In this document: positions 47,423 to 59,401 of the stretch, piece by piece
Numbering within the stretch: the first letter of the stretch is position 1
Layout of the letters: the number at the start of each line of letters is the position of its first letter
Assembly: GCA_964019335.1 (NCBI GenBank)
Contig: OZ025703.1
Coordinates: 186,001-250,000, forward strand
Length of the DNA stretch: 64,000 nt
Reading direction: 5' to 3'
From: Diplonema japonicum
Taxonomy: Eukaryota; Protista; Euglenozoa: Diplonemea
Translations under genes and position numbers: made by a program
The notes under the pieces: generated by a model
The model's database searches: none
Told to the model about the DNA's origin: nothing
Seen by the model: only the letters and a program-made list of their open reading frames with translations

Positions 47423-47547
47423 AAGACGAAAGCTGTGTCAATTGGATACAGGGGGGAAAAAAGGGGGTTTCTTTTTTTGAGGCGTCTTGTCACATACTGC
47501 AGGTACCCTTAAATGTCTCTTTTTTTTTTTTTTCTTTTCTTCTTTTT

Positions 47548-49509
47548 GCGGCGGCGGTGATGATCAGGACAATCGAGAAGGAAGCACCTGGAACGGAGGT
47601 TCTGTCCTATGCAGATGACACGTACCTTCTGGCAGAGTTGGAGAAGACCTTGCAGGCTGCGGTAAACGGAACTTTGGAGTTCTGCGGACTCACTGGGATG
47701 AAGCTTAACCCGGAGAAAACGGTAGCGTTTGGCACGAAGAAGGGCTTCCGGTCAAAAGTGCTGGGTGATAGGACAGTAACACAGAAAGGGAGAGAGGTCG
47801 CAGTCCCCTATAGAACAGTGACGTCGTTCAAGGCACTGGGCGTGATGGTGTTCACGAACAGGACAGGAACGACGTGGAACGAGCCAGCGACGGAAGCGGC
47901 CAACAAGCTAGACCGGCTGGGAGGGACAAGCCTGTCCTTCGAAACAAAAGGATACCTGATTGGAACATCGGTCTTGCCGTCGTGCCTCTACAGCAGCCCG
48001 TTCTCCCCTCCGAGTGATGAGGCGCTGAAGAAGCTAACAACGAGAGTGACCTGCAACCTATGGGGGCCTCACTTCCGAGGACGATCGCCTGCAGCGGTGA
48101 ATACGGTTTTGCTGAAAGGACACATCAATGACCCGTTGTCCTACGTCATCTGTCACTCGCTAAAAGTGATATCGAGCGCGCTGGAAAGGACAGGTCTTGG
48201 ACAGAGAGTGCGACAAATAGTGCAGAGGTACGGCTCACAGAGGACCCCCTTGGGACCGGTGGGGAATCTGATATGCAGGTGGATGCCGAGAATCGGATGG
48301 GACTGGGAGAAGATGGAAATAGCCACAGAACTTGAGTGGCCCAAGCGAGGAAGCGCCTTCAGGGCGGCTGTAAGGGCAGCCAGGAGTGCGACACTAGCAA
48401 CGGAACGGAAGACGGTCAGCGGACTCGGGGAAGGAGCAGATCCCAAAACGAATGACCTCTGGAGGACAGCTAAAGATCGCCATCTAGCTTTCTGTATCAA
48501 GAGGGTAATTGCGGGAGGGATCCCCTACCTAAGTCCGTATGCCAGAGCAGGACCAAAGTGTGTACCCCCCACGAATGAAGACGACGAGTCCGAGGGACGG
48601 AGCGAAGAAGAGGAAGATCAAGACGAGCCAGCGGCGCATGAAGGACAAGACGAGTCGGGATTTGAATGTGACCTCTGCCCGACCAAGCATGCGGACACAG
48701 TAACACTGCTACGCCACCAGCTGTACGAGTGCCCGCCAGCACGAGAGGAGCTGATACGGGAGGAGATGGAACCACTGCGCGACAGGACGGGATGGCCGCT
48801 CTGCCTCGAGCTGCATGCCATCCTACCAAGGGGGAACGGGTTCGAACACCTGGAGAAGCTGCAGCGATACCTGGCAATGGTGGTGGAAAAGCGGGACGAA
48901 GGGCTGATGCAGGCAGAAGGCGGCAACAAGAAGCTACCATGGGAGCGGGAAGTGACAGGCAAAGTGACCCCGGTACCGACGACAGCACAGCTGGGGACAG
49001 TGGTGGGACTGCTGGAGCAATTCGGGGAACCACTACTGGAATGGATGGGAAAGCTGCGATGGGTGGAGGGCGACACCGACTCGGAGGTTTCGGCAGCGGA
49101 ACTTGCACTCGACTTTGAGGAGACAACCGGTAAATCACTGGGAGTCTACAACATGCAGAGGAAGGCACGCAGAATCAAGCTGTTGGTGGAGAGAGCCAAC
49201 GCAGTGTGCAGAACGAGACGGATAAGACGCCCCTTCCCTGCGGACGGGGCAAAGAGGGTCAAGTCGCTCACAGCGATCGGAGGCAAGGCTGCAATAGGCT
49301 TTAACAGGAGACCGATCTTCGCATCAAGACAGACAGCGCAAAAGCTACAGGAGTTGAAAGGGACATACAAGAAAGAACGCGTGTCGAGACTACGAAAAGC
49401 TTTAAAGGCGACAATAGGAACGAAGGCTATGCTCCAGAAGGGGAGCATTAATAGATAGGAACTCACACCACAAGAGGCTGTCCTCGAGTGGGATTGTCTT
49501 TTACTATGA
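47548..49509 (+). mobile_element. 5'-truncated non-LTR retrotransposon (duplicate)
   Basis: Copy of 30390-32351. Confidence 0.9.
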
Positions 49510-49588
49510 GTTTTTTTTCTTGAACAGTGAGAACCCCCATGCACACTGAAACTTTATCGAATTTCTTTTTTTTTCTTCTTTTTTATTT

Positions 49589-49677
49589 CGAAGGCGATGC
49601 TCCAGAAGGGAGCATTAATAGATAGGAACTCAGACCACAGGAGGCTGTCCTCAAAGTGGGATTTTCTTTTACTATGA
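49589..49677 (+). mobile_element. 89-bp retroelement 3' end (duplicate)
   Basis: Copy of 32431-32519. Confidence 0.75.
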
Positions 49678-50078
49678 TTTTTATTTTATCTCATGCTCTG
49701 GAAAAAAGTTAAAACCCCTACAATAACTGATTCCTGAAACGCGCGTTAATTCTATTTTTCTATTTTCTCTTTAATTATTTTTTTTTATATCTTTCCTCTC
49801 TTTTCCCAAAGTGAATATCTCCCTTGAACGGTGAGCACTCACCCCGACATCAAAATTTATCAAATTTTCTCTCCTAGCATCATCCCCCCTTTTTTTTTTA
49901 AGGCGATCCTGTCGCATACTGCAGGTTCCCTTCAAAGACATCTTTTTTATCTCATCTAAAAAAAAGAAGTTAAACCCCCCCCCCCCCCCCCTATAGCCTC
50001 CTTTTTTTTTTATACTGGAACTAAGACCACAATAACAGATTCCTTAAACACACATATACAAAAAAGAAAAAAAAAAAA

Positions 50079-50190
50079 GGGTTCCGCAGGAAGCATTGCG
50101 GCCGTCATCGACGTGTCCATCACAGCCTTCTACTTGGACATGAGGGTGAACCTCGATGGTGGCAGCGGGTGGCAGAGTCCCATCTACTGT
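50079..50190 (+). pseudogene. Truncated array-family gene (duplicate)
   Basis: Copy of 32921-33032. Confidence 0.88.
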
Positions 50191-51139
50191 CCGTGCCGTA
50201 TCTACAGTTGTCAAAGACAATCCAGAAACTCTGGCGCTGATATTCGGTGAGCAGCTCTACCTCTTTCCCCCGGGTGCCCGCGCTGATATAAACAATCATG
50301 TTTAGAGTGTAACCGGTGTTTGATTCGCATTTTGAACCCATAACGCTTCCTCTTCTTCGGCTCATAAACAATGAACCCGACACGGCTTCTACAGCGTATG
50401 ATGGTTCATCCACAGCAAGGTTTCGCTTGGGTACATACAGGGGTGACCAAGAAGGAACCACAAGATTTATAAGATCGTGCCCTTTAGCCATTCTCCTTCT
50501 CCTCCACCAGGGGGGCAACCCAAACCGCATTTGACGCATTATTTTTAGGAGCCTGTCTCTTTCCATCACCGTTCTGAAATATGGGGTATCTGTTAGTTCA
50601 TCCTGTGCCCGGTAGACCTTGATATCTGTTTTGATTATGAGCCCTGTAAGTATCCAAAGGCCTCTATACCACTCGAATGGCTTGCTGCCCACCCCCACGA
50701 TAACCTTTTAGAGCCGCAGGAGTGAAAAACAACTCAAAGTACAGGACAAACCCCCTGCTGGAGTATCAAAAACAAAGGAAAAGACCTCCATCCCGTTGAG
50801 ACCCACTATTGGTACACTGTTGGACCGAATACTTTGCGAAATATTTTTTTTCCCCACCTTCTCGATTTTGTCATCCCATTCCATATCCGGGATATCCCCA
50901 TCATCCGGTGACACTGACCCTTCTTCTAGAAGTGCTTTCAGCACTACTCATAATGGGGTGTGAAAAAAACAATGTTTGTGCCACTATTTTTTTTTCTTCC
51001 CTTGCAGTTTGGATGTATAAAAAAAGTCGCGCAATAAGGCCCCTCTTTAAAGAGTGGGCATGCAGAGCACTAAAAATGCCTTAGCAGAATTGGAAAAAAA
51101 AAGAATCAGACTGATTTATCAGCTCCGGTCCTTTATGGG
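50191..51139 (-). mobile_element. piggyBac fragment (duplicate)
   Basis: Copy of 33033-33981; TTAA at 51140-51143. Confidence 0.88.
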
Positions 51140-51316
51140 TTAATGATAACCCTTCCGTCAACCATCATCAGAATTTAACATCTGATGTCCTCTCCTCTTC
51201 CCGCCCTTCCTTTTCCATCTACTGAGAGAAAAGAAGGAATAGTGGAAAAAAAAATGACAGATCTGGCAAACTCGGCAATCTGAGTATTCTCACTAGAACC
51301 TCTTTTCTTCTTCAAT

Positions 51317-51362
<46 letters not shown>

Positions 51363-51506
51363 ATGATCCCTCCACCCATCGACCTCTCGACCTCCCACTT
51401 TGGTTTAACTGCTAGAAACAGGAACCGTTAAGATAACAACAACAACAACAACAACAGATTCCTTAAACACACATAAACAAAAAAAAAAAAAAAAGAAAAA
51501 GAAGAA

Positions 51507-53435
51507 ATGGGTTCCGCAGGGAGCATTGCGGCCACCAGCGTCGTGTCTCTCACATCCTTCTATTTCGACATGAGGGTGAACCTCGATGGTGGAGGTAATT
51601 ACGGGTGGCAGAGTCCCATCTACTGCGCGGCTTTCCCGAACGGAGCTGCCGGCATGAATCCCCAAGACCACACCAATGTGATTATGAACCCGACTCACGA
51701 CGGGAGTGACAGCTACTTGATGCCGAGGATCACAAGGGATTCCAACAACAATGCCATCAATCCTCAAGTCACTTACGAGGTGAAGTGCAGCATTGACCCT
51801 AAGAATGGTGACTGGTCTTACCTCAGCACTACTGTGATAACCCCTGCTGTTCCCACATCCGAGCTCACTCCTGCCCCACCAACTCTTTCGCCACCAACTC
51901 CTGCCCCCGCAACACCTGCTCCACCAACTCCTTTCCCAGCAACACCTGCTCCACCTACTCCTTTCCCAGCAACATCTGCCCCTTCAACACCTTTCCCACC
52001 AACACCTGCTCCACCAACTCCTTCACCACCAACTCCTGCCCCCGCAACACTTGCCCCGGCAACACCTGAGCCGACGCTCTCGCCCGCCCCTGCAACACCT
52101 GAGCCTACACCTGCCCCTTCAACACCTTTCCCACCAACTCCTGCTCCACCAACTCCTTCACCACCAACTCCTGCCCCCGCAACACTTACCCCGGCAACAC
52201 CTGAGCCGACGCTCTCGCCCGCTCCTGCAACACCTGAGCCTACACCTGCCCCTTCAACACCTTTCCCACCAACTCCTGCTCCACCAACTCCTTCACCACC
52301 AACTCCTGCCCCCGCAACACTTGCCCCGGCAACACCTGAGCCGACGCTCTCGCCCGCCCCTGCAACACCTGAGCCTACACCTGCCCCTTCAACACCTTTC
52401 CCACCAACTCCTGCTCCACCAACTCCTTCACCACCAACTCCTGCTCCCGCAACACTTGCCCCCGCAACACCTGAGCCGACGCTCTCGCCCGCCCCTGCAA
52501 CACCTGAGCCTACACCTGCCCCTTCAACACCTTTCCCACGAACTCCTGCTCCACCGACTCCTTCACCACCAACTCCTGCTCCCGCAACACTTGCCCCGGC
52601 AACACCTGAGCCGACGCTCTCGCCCGCTCCTGCAACACCTGAGCCTACACCTGCCCCTTCAACACCTTTCCCACCAACACCTGCTCCACCAACTCCTTCA
52701 CCACCAACTCCTGCTCCCGCAACACTTGCCCCCGCAACACCTGAGCCGACGCTCTCGCCCGCCCCTGCAACACCTGAGCCTACACCTGCCCCTTCAACAC
52801 CTTTCCCACCAACTCCTGCTCCACCGACTCCTTCACCACCAACTCCTGCTCCCGCAACACTTGCCCCGGCAACACCTGAGCCGACGCTCTCGCCCGCTCC
52901 TGCAACACCTGAGCCTACACCTGCCCCTTCAACACCTTTCCCACCAACTCCTGCTCCACCGACTCCTTCACCACCAACTCCTGCCCCCGCAACACTTGCC
53001 CCGGCAACACCTGAGCCGACGCTCTCGCCCGCCCCTGCAACACCTGAGCCTACACCTGCCCCTTCAACACCTTTCCCACCAACTCCTGCTCCACCAACTC
53101 CTTCACCACCAACTCCTGCTCCCGCAACACTTGCCCCCGCAACACCTGAGCCGACGCTCTCGCCCGCCCCTGCAACACCTGAGCCTACACCTGCCCCTTC
53201 AACACCTTTCCCACCAACTCCTGCTCCACCGACTCCTTCACCACCAACTCCTGCTCCCGCAACACTTGCCCCGGCAACACCTGAGCCGACGCTCTCGCCC
53301 GCTCCTGCAACACCTGAGCCTACACCTGCCCCTTCAACACCTTTCCCACCAACTCCTGCTCCACCAACTCCTTCACCACCAACTCCTGCTCCCGCAACAC
53401 TTGCCCCCGCAACACCTGAGCCGACGGGGATTTGA
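51507..53435 (+). CDS. Array family type D (642 aa): ~10.7 x 45-aa repeat
   Basis: Exactly one 135-bp unit shorter than 34360-36423. Confidence 0.85.
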   Translation: MGSAGSIAATSVVSLTSFYFDMRVNLDGGGNYGWQSPIYCAAFPNGAAGMNPQDHTNVIMNPTHDGSDSYLMPRITRDSNNNAINPQVTYEVKCSIDPKNGDWSYLSTTVITPAVPTSELTPAPPTLSPPTPAPATPAPPTPFPATPAPPTPFPATSAPSTPFPPTPAPPTPSPPTPAPATLAPATPEPTLSPAPATPEPTPAPSTPFPPTPAPPTPSPPTPAPATLTPATPEPTLSPAPATPEPTPAPSTPFPPTPAPPTPSPPTPAPATLAPATPEPTLSPAPATPEPTPAPSTPFPPTPAPPTPSPPTPAPATLAPATPEPTLSPAPATPEPTPAPSTPFPRTPAPPTPSPPTPAPATLAPATPEPTLSPAPATPEPTPAPSTPFPPTPAPPTPSPPTPAPATLAPATPEPTLSPAPATPEPTPAPSTPFPPTPAPPTPSPPTPAPATLAPATPEPTLSPAPATPEPTPAPSTPFPPTPAPPTPSPPTPAPATLAPATPEPTLSPAPATPEPTPAPSTPFPPTPAPPTPSPPTPAPATLAPATPEPTLSPAPATPEPTPAPSTPFPPTPAPPTPSPPTPAPATLAPATPEPTLSPAPATPEPTPAPSTPFPPTPAPPTPSPPTPAPATLAPATPEPTGI

Positions 53436-53945
53436 AAGACGAAAGCTGTGTCAATTGGATACAGGGGGGAAAAAGGGGGTTTCTTTTTTTGAGGCGTCCT
53501 GTCACATACTGCAGGTACCCTTAAATGTCTCTTTTTTTTTTTCTTTTCTTCTTTTTTATTTTATCTCATGCTCTGGAAAAAAAAGTTAAAACCCCCTCAA
53601 AAACTGATTCCTGAAACGTACGTTAATTCATTTTTTTCTCTCATCTTTATTTTCTATTTTCTCTAATTATTTTTCTTTTATATTCCTCTCTTTTCCCAAA
53701 GTGAATATCTCCCTTGAACGGTGAGCACTCAACCGCACATCAAAATTTATCAAATTTTCTCTCCTAGCTTCATCTTTTTTTTTTTCCTGTCACATACTGC
53801 AGGTTCCGTTCAAAGACATCTTTTTTATCTCATCTAAAAAAAAGAAGTTAAAACCCCCCCCCCCCCATGGCCTCCTTTTTTTTTTTTTTTTTTTTTTTTA
53901 TACTGGAACTAAGACCACAATAACAGATACCTTAAACACACATAT

Positions 53946-54779
53946 AGTCGCCTCTCCACTATTTGTCACAAAATACTGCCCACAAATTTCATATCTCTTT
54001 AAGTGTAAAAAATCAAAAGCGATGCCTGGATTTGCTCCAGAAGTGGAATAAAATTTTGAATAAGAAAATCATGGCTAGGTGCTGTCATTTTTTTTTTACT
54101 TTCTTTAATTAAACCCCGAAAATTAAGCATGATTTACACTACTTTTCCCTTTAATTCCATGTCGAAGTTGTGCAAACTGTGTTCAGACGCCACAGCTTCC
54201 CTCAGGCCATGCAGTCGAAGCTGTTGGGGTCACACACTGTGAAGTCGTGCCCTTCAAGGGTAATGACTTCAGAGCAGTCGGCGCAGCCGATACGGCGCAT
54301 AGCGGCGTTGTGCTTCTAAGAAGTATCGGGTTTGGGTGTGGTCTTGCACCAGCACCTCGGTGTCTGTGGACACTGCCTGATATGTCTCGGGTGTTTCTTC
54401 AGGAAGGTGGAGTAGCCAACTACATCAGCACCCGAGCCCAGGTACTGTACGTGGAACTCATGAAAAGTGCCTTTGGCGTAACGCAGCTCAATGCGTTGAT
54501 CACTTCCGGGAGAAACACGAATTGTTCTGTGACTTTGATGCAGAATCGATTCATTTTGCCACCAAGTCGCAATAGCGCAGGCTATGCCTGCCGACAATGC
54601 ATCAGAACGTGTTTTCCTTGCGGGGGACTCTCGTGTTCTGTAACACAAACGCTTGTCACTGAAGGAAAAGAACTTGACCGATGTCATTCGGGTCGACATC
54701 CTTGTCGTTGTAAGCCCGTCTCTTGCGCTTCAGGGTGGGGGCTCTAAACTCCTCCTCGTCTTCGGCTTCCTCTTCCTCC
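53946..54779 (-). mobile_element. Transposon fragment (duplicate of 36936-37769)
   Basis: Near-identical sequence. Confidence 0.55.
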
Positions 54780-54853
54780 AAGTACTGCAACTAAGATAAC
54801 AACAACAACAACAACAGATTCCTTAAACACATATACAAAAAAAAGAAAAAGAA

Positions 54854-55723
54854 ATGGGTTCCGCAGGAAGCATTGCGGCCGTCATCGACGTGTCCATCAC
54901 AGCCTTCTACTTGGACATGAGGGTGAACCTCAACGGCGGCAGCGGGTGGGATAGTCCCATCTACTGTGCGGCTTTCCCGAACGGAGCTGCCGGCATGAAT
55001 CCCCAAGACCACACCAATGTGATTATGAACCCGACTCACGACGGGAGTGGCAGCTACTTGATGCCGAGGATCACAAGGGATGCCAACAACAACACCATTG
55101 GTCCTCAAGTCACTTACGAGGTGAAGTGCAGCATTAACCCTAAGTATGGTGACTGGTCTTACCTCAGCACTACTGTGATAACCCCTGCTGCTCCGACACC
55201 GGCTCTCACCCTTGCTCCCTGTGTGACTGGAGTAAAGCTGAACGGGGTCCCCGTGACTCAGATCGACATGGACGGACAGGAGACCCTTGACCTCGGGGGG
55301 AAGACCTGGTCGCACTTCCCGAACCACATGAACGGGATGCACGCCTACTCCCTCCCGTACCCTGTTCCCGCAACAACCAAGATCGAGATGACCTGCTGCG
55401 GTGGGGAGGAGTGTGTGTTCTTCGTGGCTCTGTACAACTGTACAGCGTGCCTCAAACCCAGGCCCGTTGGCCTCGCCGAGACCCTCGTCCTGGACGGGTG
55501 GGACAGTGGTGCATGCTCCCCCAGGTTCGAGGGGGACTTCAAGACCACCGCCTTCCGCAAGGGTGTTGACGCTGTGAAACAAGACGTTGTCCTCACCTAC
55601 ACCGCACCCCACGAGGAGATCATGCAGGTGTTCGGGTTGGAGGGGGCTGTTCAGAACCCGTGGTGCGTGAAGCCTGTGGCTCCTGGTGGTGCTGGGTGCG
55701 GTGGGAAGTGCCCTGTCTTCTAA
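54854..55723 (+). CDS. Array family type B (289 aa)
   Basis: Protein identical to the other B copies. Confidence 0.9.
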   Translation: MGSAGSIAAVIDVSITAFYLDMRVNLNGGSGWDSPIYCAAFPNGAAGMNPQDHTNVIMNPTHDGSGSYLMPRITRDANNNTIGPQVTYEVKCSINPKYGDWSYLSTTVITPAAPTPALTLAPCVTGVKLNGVPVTQIDMDGQETLDLGGKTWSHFPNHMNGMHAYSLPYPVPATTKIEMTCCGGEECVFFVALYNCTACLKPRPVGLAETLVLDGWDSGACSPRFEGDFKTTAFRKGVDAVKQDVVLTYTAPHEEIMQVFGLEGAVQNPWCVKPVAPGGAGCGGKCPVF

Positions 55724-56980
55724 GACCTTTTTTGACACCTTTCTTTTATTGCGAGGGGCTTGTCCTGTACTTTGAGATTTATTTAATTTGAACAGTTATT
55801 TGTTTCCCCCCCCTCCCTGGTGGTCGTTGAAAACATCGGAGGGGTTCCTTTTTTTTTGTTTTATCCAAATGCCGAGTAAGGATTTACTTATTCGAGTTTT
55901 TTTTGCTCTACTCGAGCGAAGAACCTTTTAACATCTGATGACCCTGTGCACACTGATTGAAGGCACAAAGATACAGGGGTGAACAAGTAACGGGAAAACC
56001 CAAATACGAAGAGACAAGATAAGAGGAAGATAAAGCACACCACTTATTATTATTATTATTATTATTATTTTTCTCCCCATGATGGCTAACGTGGCAGAAG
56101 TCATTGTTAGCCTCCAGCACCTTTCGCCGGGTAGCTGTGAAGGAAAAAGAATGGGGGTTTTTCTTGATCTTCTCTTTATTATTTGTGGGAATACCTTTAC
56201 CCTGCTTTCCTCTTGTTGTGTTGGCCTTTTTATTTTTCCTTCTCCTTTTTTTTTTAATACCCTTTTTACACTGTCAACCTTATCAAGTTAAGGTTTTCAA
56301 ATTACAACTCTCCCCCTCCCTCCGCTTTTCACGAAATCTTGGTTTTCATGTGTTTCTCTTTCATTCTCTGTCCTCCTTTGTAGCCGAGTGATAAAGGGGT
56401 CACTACTGATGATGAACTTTTTAAAGCAACAAGCAACCATGAAGCGTCCTTTGTCGCGAGTATTGGGTGGTAGGTCGCCCGGTAAACTAGCTGCCGAATA
56501 CTCTTGAGGTCGTTTTTTTTTTGTTTCTTCGTTTGTTTGCTTGATAGGTTCCCATTGCTTGAGCAACAAACTAAGAAAGAACAGAGAGTGGGAGGGGGAA
56601 ACACACAACAAAAAGAAAACAGGACACAAAGAAGAAGAGGGGGGGGGGGGGGGGGAGGGGGAAAGCTAAACATATACTCATTTATGTTTTTTTTTTTAAA
56701 TTATTAATTATCCTCTCCCTTCCTTTCTATTCTTCTTTTTTTAAAATGTTTTTATTTCACTCTTCTGAAATTACTTCACGCACTCAGGGGCCCATTACTT
56801 CACGATAAATCGCATTACTTCACGGTGAAATAATGGCCTGTTTTGAAGTAATAGGGGTTTCCGGTAAATAATATGCCTCAATAGAGAAGAAAAGAATGGT
56901 GAAAGAAGTACTGCAACTAAGATAACAACAACAACAACAACAGATTCCTTAAACACACATATACAAAAAAAAAAAAAGAA

Positions 56981-57979
56981 ATGGGTTCCGTAGGAAGCAT
57001 TGCGGCCGTCATCGACGTGTCCATCACAGCCTTCTACTTGGACATGAGGGTGAACCTCGATGGTGGCAGCGGGTGGCAGAGTCCCATCTACTGTGGGGCT
57101 TACCCGAACGCAGCTGGCAGCAGGAAACCCCAAGACTACACCAGTGTGACTAGACATGCGTCTCACGACGGGAGTGGCAGCTACTTCATGCCGAGGATCA
57201 CAAGGGATGCCTACAACAATGCCATCAGTCCTCATGTCACTTACGAGGTGAAGTGCAGCATTAACCCTAAGAAAGGTAACTGGGATTACCTCAGCACGTA
57301 TGTGAGGACCCCTGCTGCTCCGACACCGGCTCCCACCCCTGTCCCCACTCCTGCTCCCACACCCGAGCCCACTCCTGCCCCTACACCTGAGCCCACTCCT
57401 GCTCCCACACCTGAGCCGACTCCTGTCCCGACCCCTGCCCCCACACCTGTCCCCACACCTGCTCCCTGTGTGACTGGGGTGAAGCTGAACGGGGTCCCCG
57501 TGACTGAGATCGACATGGACGGACAGGAGACCCTTGACCTCGGGGGGAAGACCTGGTCGCACTTCCCGAACTCCATGAACGGGATGCACGCCTACTCCCT
57601 CCCGTACCCTGTTCCCGCAACAACTGAGATCGAGATGACCTGCTGCGGTGGGGAGGAGTGCGTGTTCTTCGTGGCCCTGTACAACTGTGCTGCGTGCCTC
57701 GGACCCAGGCCTGCTGGCCTCGCCGAGACCCTCGTCCTGGACGGGTGGGACACTGGTGCATGCTCCCCCAGGTTCGAGGGGGACTTCAAGACCACCGCCT
57801 TCCGCAAGGGTGTTGACGCTGTGAACCAGGACATTGTCCTCACCTACACCGCACCCCACGAGGAGATCATGCAGATGTTCGGGTTGGAGGGGGCTGTTCA
57901 CAACCCGTGGTGTGTGAGGCCCCATGGCCCTGTGGCTCCTGGTGGAGCTGGGTGCGGTGGGAAGTGCCCTGTTATCTAA
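56981..57979 (+). CDS. Array family type A (332 aa), variant A1'
   Basis: Loops identical to 5824-6822 and the same 3' spacer. Confidence 0.9.
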   Translation: MGSVGSIAAVIDVSITAFYLDMRVNLDGGSGWQSPIYCGAYPNAAGSRKPQDYTSVTRHASHDGSGSYFMPRITRDAYNNAISPHVTYEVKCSINPKKGNWDYLSTYVRTPAAPTPAPTPVPTPAPTPEPTPAPTPEPTPAPTPEPTPVPTPAPTPVPTPAPCVTGVKLNGVPVTEIDMDGQETLDLGGKTWSHFPNSMNGMHAYSLPYPVPATTEIEMTCCGGEECVFFVALYNCAACLGPRPAGLAETLVLDGWDTGACSPRFEGDFKTTAFRKGVDAVNQDIVLTYTAPHEEIMQMFGLEGAVHNPWCVRPHGPVAPGGAGCGGKCPVI

Positions 57980-58926
57980 GATCCATTCACTACAAACAGC
58001 TTCCTATATCTTATTTTCAATTCCCCCTCCACCTATCCTACTCAATACCCCTTAAAGTGAAGGGATAGTCGAACTTCAATATTTGATGGTCTCACAACGA
58101 AGGGCACTTTAAAAATGAAAGAATGGCAAACTCAGGCAAGTAGAACAAAGACACATACTCTCTTCAAGACTTTGGACTTTTGGATATGAATTCCTCCCTT
58201 AGTCAACTGCGCCCTTCACAAGGTGACTGTCAATGGTGTCTGACATTGTATGCTCTGCCTTTAAGGAATGCCATGTCATTTTCTTTTTCTTTCTTTCTTT
58301 CCCCTCTTTTCTCTGTTAAAAATGATCAAACTAGACACACTTGTACCAGAGCAAGAACTACTTTTCCTTGTTCTGAGCGATTTGTCTTTCTGGGACTTTC
58401 TTGCCAGCGGGACTTCTGCGTAGACAATGATTAAGGCAACTTGGTACTTCCAGCAAGTACCAGCCCCGCCGCTTTGTCAAAAGCTACACCCCTATCAAGT
58501 TGAACCCTATGGGTGCCTTTTGACGTTTCGTTTTTTTATTTTTTTTTTTTATTTTACCTTTTTGTCTTTCTGGACTTTTCTTGCCAGCAGAACCGAATGA
58601 GGCTTCTGCGAAGGCAATGATCAAGGGCATCTTGCAACTTCCAATCAAGTTGAACCCTATGGGTGCCTTTTGACGTAGTTTGTTTTCTTCTTTTTTTTTT
58701 GCGGAATATCGTATTTGTTTTTTATGATGGGCCGTTGTTAACAACACTGTATCTTATCATAGTGAATATTGTTTTGTTTTTTCTATATTCGGTTTAACTG
58801 GCAACCCTCAGAAACCGTTTCTATTTTTTTTTTTTTTTTTTTTTGAAGTCCTTTTTTTTTTTTTTTTTTTTTTATTGTTTTGCTTTTCAAAACAAAAAAA
58901 AAGAGAGGAGAGGGGGAACGAGATTC

Positions 58927-59151
58927 GATTATTTCTTTTATATTTAATTTCTGGATTCCCTATAAGGGGATTGGGAATCAGAAAATAAATATAATTACGT
59001 GTTCATGAATTAAGGTGGACTTTACTCTTTCCCTTGGCTGATATTCTGTCCCCCGGAGTCTGATTTTCACGAGCGCAGCGAGAGGGACAGATTAAATTAT
59101 CAGCCCGCGGTAAATAAAGTCCACCTTATTTTTCATAATCAATAATTATTA
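58927..59151. mobile_element. ~225-bp double-hairpin non-autonomous element
   Basis: Absent from the paralogous spacer (~7690-7710); two internal inverted-repeat pairs. Confidence 0.65.
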
Positions 59152-59401
59152 TTCTCCCTCTAAATTCCATCTTTTATTTGAAAAGTGAAAAAAAAAAAGA
59201 AAAAAAAAACCGACTTTTTTGTTTTTTTAACTGCACCACGAGTCGCTCTGGTCGATGCTGCTCTTCCCTCTTCACACTCTTGTGCCTTGGATCATCACTT
59301 TTTTTTTGCTTTTTTTTTTCAATTCTGGTTGATACAAGGCATCCTCTCTTTATTTTTATTTTTATTTCTGTGATATATCTACGCTCGAGTATAGCCGTCT
59401 T

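Larger units (their letters stand above)
37844..54853 (+). repeat. Tandem segmental duplication, unit 2 (partial third unit to ~56750)
   Basis: Colinear with 20635-37843. Confidence 0.92.
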
